Of a stretch of DNA of 64,000 bases, positions 32,059 through 41,396 are shown in pieces. Numbering within the stretch: position 1 is the first letter of the stretch; every line of letters starts with the position of its first letter. The position numbers were made by a program, and so were the translations under genes. Below the pieces are notes generated by a model. The model saw only the letters and a program-made list of their open reading frames with translations, did no database searches and had not been told where the DNA came from. The stretch is from Epithemia pelagica (taxonomy: Eukaryota; Protista; Bacillariophyta): the NCBI GenBank assembly GCA_946965045.2, contig OX337237.1:3100001-3164000 (forward strand), read 5' to 3'.

Positions 32059-33324
32059 ATGAATGCACCGCCGCCTCCACAACCAGACAATGACGACGAC
32101 ACGGACGTGTTTCGTTCGGTGGACCGCCGTGTGGCCAAACCCGTCTTGGGCAGTGATGGAGCCGCTCGATGGCAAGCCTTTCAACAAACGACCACCACAA
32201 CCTCCAAAAATCATCGGCCATCGACGGCGCCCTTGGCACCCCTCAAGGCCGTCGATCGTGTCATGATTCAACAGGCGCAGGCCACCATCACTACGACGAC
32301 ACCCAACAACCACAACCACAAGCAAAACAATTGGCACGCCGAACGAGAGGTGGAAAATGCCACGCGAAAAGCCCAAGGATTGCTCCCCTTGGACCAACAG
32401 GTTCAAGTCTATACGCAATTTCGAAAGAAACCGCAACAGCAAGACGACGAACCACAACCACCACCACAACAACAACAATCCGATGTGACCACCCACAAAA
32501 CGGCCCAACAGGGCGACAAGCACATGGACGACACCAAGAATGGTCCCTATTTCATGGCCAGCCCCACCTTTCAAGGTGCCAAACGTCACTATGTCTTTAC
32601 CACGCGAGAAGGATTTGGAACGGGCTATTTTCGCGATGCCTTGTCGTCGTCGTCGTTGAACCATAAAAAACGATTGGGACCGGACGACACGACAACCAAC
32701 AAGAACTCCCCAAAGTCCAAAAAGTCCAAAACGAGCAAATCCACCAAGAAATCCTCGTCCTCTTCTGCTGCCATGCTGTTGGATTCCTCTTCCTCGCAAC
32801 ATCCCTTGGATCAAGTCGCCCTGGCCTTGCAACAGAAACACCAACAAACGCAACACCAACAAGACCATACGACCAAGGACAAGTATTACCAACAATTGTT
32901 GCAAACGGTATCGAACCATCAACAGCCATCGAACAACCACAATGACAACCGCAAGAACGACGACAAGGACCATCTCCCGGATGGATGGTCGTCCGCTCAA
33001 GATGCCAGTACGGGAAAGGTCTATTATTATTGTACCACCACGGGAACCTGCACGTGGGACAAGCCAACCACAACGATGACGACATCCAAAACAAGCACAA
33101 TGACGACGACAGTGGGATCTTCCAAAGAGAAAAACGAAAATACAAACGACAAGGACAAGGTCCCATCGGCTGCCGACGACACGAACAACAAGGACGACAA
33201 CAACAACAATCCTCCATCCTCGTTGCCACCGGGCTGGCACCGGGCGCAGGATGCCACGAGCCAAAAATGGTATTATTATCATGCCGCGACTCAAACGGTC
33301 CAATGGCAGTGTCCCACTGGTTGA
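32059..33324 (+). CDS. Two-WW-domain protein (421 aa)
   Basis: WW domains LPDGWSSAQDASTGKVYYYCTTTGTCTWDKP and LPPGWHRAQDATSQKWYYYHAATQTVQWQCP. The first ATG downstream of the LTR is at 32059. Confidence 0.82.
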   Translation: MNAPPPPQPDNDDDTDVFRSVDRRVAKPVLGSDGAARWQAFQQTTTTTSKNHRPSTAPLAPLKAVDRVMIQQAQATITTTTPNNHNHKQNNWHAEREVENATRKAQGLLPLDQQVQVYTQFRKKPQQQDDEPQPPPQQQQSDVTTHKTAQQGDKHMDDTKNGPYFMASPTFQGAKRHYVFTTREGFGTGYFRDALSSSSLNHKKRLGPDDTTTNKNSPKSKKSKTSKSTKKSSSSSAAMLLDSSSSQHPLDQVALALQQKHQQTQHQQDHTTKDKYYQQLLQTVSNHQQPSNNHNDNRKNDDKDHLPDGWSSAQDASTGKVYYYCTTTGTCTWDKPTTTMTTSKTSTMTTTVGSSKEKNENTNDKDKVPSAADDTNNKDDNNNNPPSSLPPGWHRAQDATSQKWYYYHAATQTVQWQCPTG

Positions 33325-33740
33325 ATGAATCCAAACCAAGCATCCAAACCAACCACGACGTGACACGACTCGATCCCTTGGACCTTTTTTCCCGACGGGG
33401 AGACTCCAACGAATGTCACCACCACCATAAGCCGTCGTGACTCTCTCTCTCTCTCCTTGTGTGGTGTGTTGCACCGCCCCCACAACAGAAAGAGAATGTG
33501 TGCGTGTTCCAGTTCCAGTTGGAGACTACCCGATAGTTATTGTGGGAAAGAGCGTCACTGTGGAACGTTGGTGTGAACCACAGGATGGTTCCTCTCTCTC
33601 TCTCTCTCTCTCTATGCTCTACGACGGTGTGCGTACGTCGGTTCCCTCTATTCGAGATCGAGAGAGAAAGGAGTCCGTATTATGCAAAGATTTTTATCAA
33701 GACCGATTCGGTCGCTCTACTATACTATAGTGTGTCATTT

Positions 33741-36700
33741 TTAGGTTGTGGTTGTCATTCTCTGACCGTCCGGGGCGGCGATGCGAATTTCATAGGTTTT
33801 GACATCCAATGGACCCAGAGTGACAATGGCATTGTCTCCTCGATAATAACGAGAGGAGGACACGCCGTCACGATTTTCCTGGACTGTGGGTTCGGACCGG
33901 ACATGAACCGTCTTGGGTGCGGACTTGCGTGTGTCGTCGTTTTTGGATGGTGGAGAAACGGCACCATCCCTCGTTGTTGGTTTGGTATTCTTCTGGTCGT
34001 TGCTTGGTTCGGGTTGGGGCGACGTCCAATTGTACTTTTTGTGGGCGACAAAGTCGGTCCAATTTTGATTGCCCGACAAGGTCTTTTCCACAATGGACAA
34101 GAGGGTATATTGCGGTTCCAGCAACAAGGCCAGATTCACCGACACGGGTTGGGACAAGACACTGTCTTCTCCCGGTCCATATTGATGCGCCAATCGGACC
34201 AACAAGGTCGTTGTATTAGTGGAGGGATCTGTTTGGAAATGACGGACCATCCAGGTACTCAAAAAGACATTGGGAGGCAGTTCGGTACCACCCAAGACGG
34301 AAAAACTCGTTGTTCGGCGCGGGGTCTGTTGGTCCGTGGCATCTGTTTCTTCTTCGTCATCCAACTCGGGACTGCTCGTGTCTTCAGTCGCCGTTGCCAC
34401 AAAGACGAGAGGTTGGGCAAAGGCTTGATCGATTATGGACCGAGGTCCTCGTGCTCCATTGCTTTCCGTGGGATCATAATCTTGATGACAACCCACTACA
34501 ATGCGATGAATGCCCGATACAATGGCACCCTCGCCAATCCGAGTGGCATTGCCATAGGGTGGATAATGTGTCATTTGACCACCACAGGTTTCATTCAAGG
34601 GTTCGTCGACACCTCGATGATCGTCCACCAAGGTGCGACGATTCACCATGACTTCCAAACTTCCATCGACAATGGATCCGGCGCCCCGGGCCCGGTCCGT
34701 GACGAGGGCCAGAGACGAGGAACCATTGCCGGCTGTCGTTTCGTCTTGATCTTGAATGTAAATGGCGGTCGTAATGGGATAATAATTGCCCGCCACGGGT
34801 TCAAACACCTCCATGTCCCACGTGGGACGTTGATTGCGTCGACGTTGCAAAAAGGCTCGACCATTGGAATCGGTGTAAAAGACACCCTGATTTTGAATCT
34901 CCGGGGCCACCAATCGAGTCACGACTTCTCGGCCCCGAAATCGTGGGGGGTTGTTGTGGGACGGATCCGTCATGGGAATGGGTCCCACGGTATATTCCAC
35001 TTCGATCCAGGGTTGATCTTGCACAATCCGAACCACTTGTCGAATCCACGCGGTAGTATCGTCGCCCGGTTCTCCATAGGCCGTGTGGACCTCCAATCCA
35101 TAGGGGGTGGGACGAAAGTCGACCCATTGTTGTTCCTGGTTTGTTGCATTTGGAGATGAATTGGAATCAGTGGTATACGAGAGAGGCAGCGGCACGACAG
35201 GTGTCAACGAGGCATTGGGTGTGGAGGGTCGAAAGAGATAGGCTCCGGAATTTCCCCGCGCATCGTCCGATTGATCCAAGTCATGATCGTAGGGAAGATA
35301 GTAGCCCCAGACAAGTTCCAGTTCCATGGATGTTTCACCATTATCCGTCGATACACGTTCCAGTTGTCCCGTTTGGGCATTGAACCAAACGACAAGACCT
35401 CGTACCGTCCAGGCTTGTACGTGAGTGGCATTGTGAATACTGTACTCAAAGAATTGGACGGGTGGCTCTTGTGGATCAGAGAGACCTGGACCCTCGTTGT
35501 CGTGAACCGAATGCATCTCCTCTTGCGGTTCCTCCTCCTCTGGATTGTGTTTGTCATGGGTCGTGGTGGTGGTGGTGGTGTTATCGTCGGGCACCTTGGC
35601 AATTCGATAGGTGACGGCTCCCATGGGAATCAAGTCGGTGGCATAAAATTCCAATTGGTACACAACTGGTTCGAGTGCTTGAGTTGTCGTCGTTGTGATA
35701 CGACAGTCGTCGGTACGGGCGACCGTGTAACGAGGTTGAGACGAAACGACCTGAGGAGTGGCAGCATGACTGCTCAGATCATCAACGAGGCGTTCCACCG
35801 TAAAGGTTCCGGGGACCGAGACGGGCAAGCGGACCAGCCATCCCCGTGGTTGCGCCAAGGCATTGTACAAGACCACATACAAGGCATTGGTCGTATTCGT
35901 ATTGGACGTCGTATTCGTCGTATTGGTTGTGGTCGTTTCCCAGGGTGCATTGGTGGCCGTTTCGCACAGGGATTCATTGAGTCGACCGCAATACTGCCAG
36001 GACGATGTCATGGTCGTGGAATCTCCATAGTCCAATTGTTCGGCCACCCATTGTTCTACAAAGACCGTCGCTTGATCCAATCCCTCTTGCAAGCGTTTGC
36101 TATAATCATTGGCCACGTGTTGTTTCTCGGTACCGGTAATGCCATCGTGATGTTGGGCAATGCCAAAGGCATCTTCCAACACAAACAAGGGCGGCATATT
36201 ATCGTGTCGTTCTTGTGTTTGTCGTGGGGAAGGGGCCTCTGGTGGAGACTTGCTGGTCCTTGTCGTCAAGTGCAAAAATTCCAATTGTCGTGCGGCTTGC
36301 AAAACTCCCGAAGCGACTCGTTCAAAGCGTTTCTTGGCCGTGCGACTGGTAAAAAAGCCCGTCCAAAAACAATGGGGACAATCACTGTAGGGAAAAAAAT
36401 CGTCCGTCTTGAGTTGCCATGCCGACGATGACGAAGCAGAAGTAGCAGTAGAAGAAGAAGAAGACTGTGTTCTTGTCGATGTTGTTGTCGAATGACTCGT
36501 GTCATTCGTTTCATTCGGAACGTCATCTCTAATAGAATACAATGGTCGATGCTGATATTTGCGGTCGGTATAATATTCCGGTGAGGAATAAAAGAGATTG
36601 ACGCGGCGAATCTGGGCTTGTGTGACATTTTGAAAAATGGCACTGACATTCCACTGCTGATTGACTTGTCCAAACATGACTTGGGCAATCAAGTAATCGA

Positions 36701-38048
36701 GATTGGCAAAAAACACCTCGGCACGACTGTAGGTAAAGTCACTCCCCATGGTAATCATCAAATCCATATTGTTGTTGATACCGAAATTGGCCCTGGTTTG
36801 TTGGGCTTGGACCGCCAACGATTCCATAAAGGTTTGCAATTTGGCGTGCAAGGCCGTTGGATTCAAGGTCAAGAGACGATTGGCAGGATCGCAACAGGGT
36901 TCGTCAAAACAAAAGCCACCGGCCGGGGGATTGTAATTGCCATAATAACTTCCCGTCAATCCCCAAAAGACGGTCGGATCAATCAACGGAGTAGTGGTAA
37001 AAGTAGTGTCATCCTCATTCTTCGTCTTGTCGTCCTGTTGGTTCACGAATGAAGGATTGTCGTTCGGTCGTCCACTCCCTTGCCACAAGCCTTCGCATTG
37101 TTGCGTATCGTGCCGCACCTTCAAATCTTGATAGTCAATCCGTCCAAAATACAAGGCTTGAAAGCCCAGTTGATGCGTCAGCAAGTACGCTTGCGTGGCG
37201 GAATGCCCAAAGGGATCAATTTGCCAGCCAATCGTGGGAATCACCCCCAATTCCCGATACAGCAAGTCGTGGCCCAAAGTGGTACTGTCCATCATGCCCA
37301 TGAAATGCGCGCAGGCTTCGTCGTGCATGGACCAACCGCCATTGACAAAGGTCCATTGATTGTAGGAACGACTATTAGGAGATTCTTGGGGGTTGTCGTC
37401 GTTTCCTTTTTGTTGAAAGGGTCGTTGCACCAGATAGCGGAGCGCATCGCGTTCCTGCGGTGTCGCCGTTTCGGTCCACCACGTGTACCAAAATTTGGAT
37501 TCGACATAGGTAAAAGTCCGGTAGGACTGCTGGAGCAAGGCGTGGACGGTCGTCGTCAAAATGTCATCCACATGGCCGCGCCCATCCAAACTAGTGTTCC
37601 AACCGTAATAATATTGTTCCACCGTTTTGCGCCAACCGACATCGTCGTGCGTATGCGGCACGACATGGACATTGAGGACGCCGTCGCCGTCGCTGGCGGC
37701 AAAACTCTGCAAGAACTGGGACGACGAGGACGACGAGGACGCCGAGAATGATGATGCCAACGAGGACTTGGATTCCCCTCGCTCGTCGGTTTCTTCTTCT
37801 TCTTCCTTGTTGGTTTCTTTGTGTTTGTTTGCGATCCACCCGTCTCCCGTCACGGCCGCATGGTTCGTTGTTGGGTGGTACCACAACTTGCACCACGACC
37901 CATTGGATTGCACGGAAATTCCCCCCAGCCACCACCACACGAGTCCGAGGAATACAACACCACCACCCACCAATACGGTCCTCCTCGTTTTGTTCTGGTT
38001 CTTGTTGTCAATGTTCCAACCCAAAGGGTGAACCGGATAGGGCGGCAT
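33741..38048 (-). CDS. Glycoside hydrolase family 38 alpha-mannosidase (lysosomal/vacuolar type) with N-terminal membrane anchor
   Basis: Zn-binding HVVPHTHDDVGW, nucleophile motif GWQIDPFGHS, YFGRIDYQD, QHHDGITGT, YTDSNGR, NYYPIT, DRARG and EVMVNRR. N-terminal TM VLVGGGVVFLGLVWWWLGGI. Confidence 0.95.
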   Translation of the reverse strand: MPPYPVHPLGWNIDNKNQNKTRRTVLVGGGVVFLGLVWWWLGGISVQSNGSWCKLWYHPTTNHAAVTGDGWIANKHKETNKEEEEETDERGESKSSLASSFSASSSSSSSQFLQSFAASDGDGVLNVHVVPHTHDDVGWRKTVEQYYYGWNTSLDGRGHVDDILTTTVHALLQQSYRTFTYVESKFWYTWWTETATPQERDALRYLVQRPFQQKGNDDNPQESPNSRSYNQWTFVNGGWSMHDEACAHFMGMMDSTTLGHDLLYRELGVIPTIGWQIDPFGHSATQAYLLTHQLGFQALYFGRIDYQDLKVRHDTQQCEGLWQGSGRPNDNPSFVNQQDDKTKNEDDTTFTTTPLIDPTVFWGLTGSYYGNYNPPAGGFCFDEPCCDPANRLLTLNPTALHAKLQTFMESLAVQAQQTRANFGINNNMDLMITMGSDFTYSRAEVFFANLDYLIAQVMFGQVNQQWNVSAIFQNVTQAQIRRVNLFYSSPEYYTDRKYQHRPLYSIRDDVPNETNDTSHSTTTSTRTQSSSSSTATSASSSSAWQLKTDDFFPYSDCPHCFWTGFFTSRTAKKRFERVASGVLQAARQLEFLHLTTRTSKSPPEAPSPRQTQERHDNMPPLFVLEDAFGIAQHHDGITGTEKQHVANDYSKRLQEGLDQATVFVEQWVAEQLDYGDSTTMTSSWQYCGRLNESLCETATNAPWETTTTNTTNTTSNTNTTNALYVVLYNALAQPRGWLVRLPVSVPGTFTVERLVDDLSSHAATPQVVSSQPRYTVARTDDCRITTTTTQALEPVVYQLEFYATDLIPMGAVTYRIAKVPDDNTTTTTTTHDKHNPEEEEPQEEMHSVHDNEGPGLSDPQEPPVQFFEYSIHNATHVQAWTVRGLVVWFNAQTGQLERVSTDNGETSMELELVWGYYLPYDHDLDQSDDARGNSGAYLFRPSTPNASLTPVVPLPLSYTTDSNSSPNATNQEQQWVDFRPTPYGLEVHTAYGEPGDDTTAWIRQVVRIVQDQPWIEVEYTVGPIPMTDPSHNNPPRFRGREVVTRLVAPEIQNQGVFYTDSNGRAFLQRRRNQRPTWDMEVFEPVAGNYYPITTAIYIQDQDETTAGNGSSSLALVTDRARGAGSIVDGSLEVMVNRRTLVDDHRGVDEPLNETCGGQMTHYPPYGNATRIGEGAIVSGIHRIVVGCHQDYDPTESNGARGPRSIIDQAFAQPLVFVATATEDTSSPELDDEEETDATDQQTPRRTTSFSVLGGTELPPNVFLSTWMVRHFQTDPSTNTTTLLVRLAHQYGPGEDSVLSQPVSVNLALLLEPQYTLLSIVEKTLSGNQNWTDFVAHKKYNWTSPQPEPSNDQKNTKPTTRDGAVSPPSKNDDTRKSAPKTVHVRSEPTVQENRDGVSSSRYYRGDNAIVTLGPLDVKTYEIRIAAPDGQRMTTTT

Positions 38049-38643
38049 CTCGTACTCCCGAGAATCAACAACAACAACAACGCACCGTCGCTGTGATATA
38101 CGATACTACGGACTGCTTCTCGTTGTTCGATCAAAGAGAGAGAGAGACAGACAGACAGACAGCGAGAGCGAATCGATCGACTTGACACCCAAAAGATACA
38201 CGAGTTTTGTGTATCCCAACGAAAAGATTTTGGAGTATCTTTGATGTCGCTTTTCTTGGACTTTGGATGAGGGGGCAACCCCACAGAAGCATCTCATTTT
38301 CTGGGGGGCGGGGGTTATAAGGTTGTCCCATGCGCACCCCTTGTCGAAAATCGGGGGCGGTCCAAAACAATCCGTTCCGATCCCCAAAACAATTCGCCCT
38401 ACAATCATAGAGAGTAGTAGAGAGCTCCGTAGAGAGTAGAGGATAGCTACTCCTACTAGGAGTAGCAAGCGTTATAGAGTAGAAGTACTATTAATAAAGT
38501 AGGGACCGCCCGGCGCGAAGGGTAGAATGACGAGAAGGGCAATGGTCTAAGAGGGCGCATGCCCGACATGACAATTGCCCGTCGAGTAATTCTCCCGACA
38601 ATCCGGGCGCGCCCGACGCGAAAGGACGGCCGCTCCGGGGGGT

Positions 38644-38866
38644 CCGCATCGTACCGCCCCCGGTCAAGAAGGGACCGACGGACGAACGAGGAACGGACAT
38701 TGCACCCAAAGAAGATCCCATAAGATTTGCAAGGCTACGTCGTCGTTTGTTGGGGCAGTCAAAATGACTATACCCAACAAACATACTTTGACGATTCATA
38801 AATCGTCGGAAAGAAGGGTTGAACGGATCACCAAGGATCTGATCACCCATTGGACCCGTGATTCTC
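38644..38866 (+). repeat. Terminal direct repeat A1 of YR element 1
   Basis: Matches 47024-47246 except GGAAAGAAGGG vs GGAAAGGAGGG. Confidence 0.93.
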
Positions 38867-38924
38867 TTCTTTCGCTTCGCTTTTTCGCCTTGTCGACCGT
38901 GCCATCCACCTCATTCGTTCCACC

Positions 38925-41297
38925 ATGACGTTTGCGTGGGGAGGAACTCCGGATTATTCGCCTTCTGTGGGGTCGTCAGGTGAGTCTGTTTCTGGTGGGA
39001 GTGTGACCGGGGGGGGGGGGAGCCTGCGTTCGGGTTCTCTCTACGGTGTCGTTCGTATTGAACAGTCACAGTTCGATACCGTGTGTCGTGGATTCGTTGG
39101 CGCAGGGCAGCGCATGTGTGTTCGTTCGGATTGTCAAGTGGCTTCGCATTCCCAAAAGAAGAAGTCGTGGAGTTTGCTTGTGGGGGATGATACCACCGCC
39201 ATCTTCATTCGTGGTTCAAGTGGGACAACTTCTGCTGAAGCGCCGGGTACAGTCTTTTGTACACCTGTGCTACCGGGACATTGTATGCAAGGCGTGGACC
39301 GGAACGAAATGGAACTTAGTCCTCGTACATTGGAGAGTTGGCAAGCCTCGTTTACAGCCCTTCGGAAGGCTTCCTCCGAGTCGGGTGAAGGCGTGGATCC
39401 CACAACTGCGGCTCAGTTCATGGAGACCACCAAGTCCGTAGTAGATTTCACCATGACTCCGCGCCCGAAGAAACGATCAGTGGAAGTGGAAACGGTTATG
39501 GACGATGACGATGAAGACGGTTTGGTTACACCCAAGCTCAAACGCCGCAAAATTCCCTGGAAGGACGTCCCCACTGATATCAGTACCTCAACGCCTACCC
39601 CAGCGGTAAGGATCCTTCAAGGAGGAGCGTAGAGCAACCTGGTTGAGAATGTCACCACACTTTGTGACGATCTTGCTCGCGAAGTGGCGGATTGGCGCGT
39701 GTCTGAAGAGCAACAAGAAGAGCAGGTTGACAAACTGGATCTCAAGCTATCGGTCCTTCATGAATTGCTGGGAAAGCGGCCGTCTCACTTCGGGACGTGA
39801 TCGGCTTTTCAAGTTCTGGATAGTTGCGTATCGAACATGGCGTCGGTCGAACAGTTGGTCATTGAACGTTTGAATCAACAGAAGACTCCAAGCTTAACTC
39901 GAGACGATTCGGTCCTTGAGAGCAAGCTTGCAGCATTGGACACTCGAGTTGGATTGTTGACTGGCCAATTCAAGGTGCTCGTCAAGAAGGAACTCGAAGC
40001 TTTCTTGGCAGACACTTCAACTGATTTTCGTTTGCAGTTTGTTGATCCGACCTTGTCGTTACTCTCGCGGTCGTCGCGCTCTCCCACGGATCCCGGGGGA
40101 AAATGGGCTGATGCCCTACAACAATTGCAACAGCGGTTGACGAGTCTCGAACAAGCGCATGCAACGAATGTATCAGGTTCGGGAGGGTCAGGAGGCATGA
40201 GTGCGGGCGGTGGTTCTTTCAATTGGTCAACTGGAGGGCTTGCTTCAGGAATAGGATCACAGACAGGATTGGGAGTCCGTTTTGGTTCGTCACCCTCTCA
40301 GACGAATGGTGGAAAGGATGTTGGAAGAGAAGTGGGTGTTGATTTGGCGAAGCTGCAGGAAGATATGAAAAACTTGCAGACGATGTTGAAGGATTTGAAA
40401 GAGCAAGTGGATACCAATTCAATCCCGATCGGATCGATTATCTTTACTTCTCGTGCCTTTTGCGTCACATGGATGGAGTTGCACCATGCCGCATCGGACC
40501 CTCACGTTTTTGTGGATGCCATCTCGTTGCTTTCTTTGGCGACATCGGATGCTAGCCCAGACGAAGAAAGGGCAGCCAACCAACGAGCAACCACGGCCAA
40601 GGTTAGGGATAAAACACCCTATCACACGGCCTTTATAGCGTCGTTCAACCTCGAAGTACCACCGTTGTTGGGGAAAGGGTCTGATCAAGCAACAACGACG
40701 AATTCCCGTGCTCTCGGGGCTGTTCCACGTTTTGCGGACTTTCACCCTCCGTCAGGGCGTGAAGGCATCCACCAGCGTATTTTGGATTATGTAAAAGACG
40801 GTGTGCATACAATAGAGCAAGCAGTGGGTGAGCTTTTTGCATTTGGGACGGAACCGTCGAGTGTTGCCAAGGAACTGCTCTTGTGGAGTAAAACCTTTTG
40901 GGATGAACTTACTCATTGGATGGTCAGGTACCACGCTCAGGTTCAGGCGGAAAGTGAAGCAAGCGAACAGGAAGTGTGGATCTTGATATCCCACTGCGTT
41001 TGAGCTGTGTTCAAGAGCCTCAGGGAAGCTCGTGCATCTGGACGAGCTTCGAACACTCCAGGTGGGATGCTTTGGGGTACTCTCAAGGCACACCGAGTAA
41101 TGCAAGAGTACCGTGCTGCAGATTTTAGCGGCCATCCGAAGATTGTGCTCATTCTCCATGAGCATTTGATTAGATTCACAACACCGCGTTCCAAATTCGA
41201 CACACTTCAGATGAGTTTGAATGATAGGCTGGACAAAATGCAACGGGCGGTATATCAAGCAGTTTCGTCCGCGAACAAATCGACAAAGAAGACGTGA
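38925..41297 (+). pseudogene. YR element 1 ORF1 (gag-like), disrupted
   Basis: N-terminal C-x10-C-x4-C-x4-H motif; colinear with 51229-53567. TAG at 39630, a frameshift near 39660 and TGA at 41001. Confidence 0.85.
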
Positions 41298-41396
41298 GAG
41301 CTTCAAGAAAATGACCGCAACAGTCGTAAAACTACGAAACGAAAGACAACATCAAGCGAAGAATTGGAGACTCAAGATACCAATATGAAAAATTAG

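Noticed and set aside
56-37751. Many long antisense or off-frame ORFs over real genes (e.g. 56-1015, 9908-10954, 12239-13000, 23826-24572, 31933-33483, 33540-35159, 35271-36431)
   Set aside because: These are shadow frames of codon-biased, low-complexity coding sequence, with no domains and mostly non-ATG starts.
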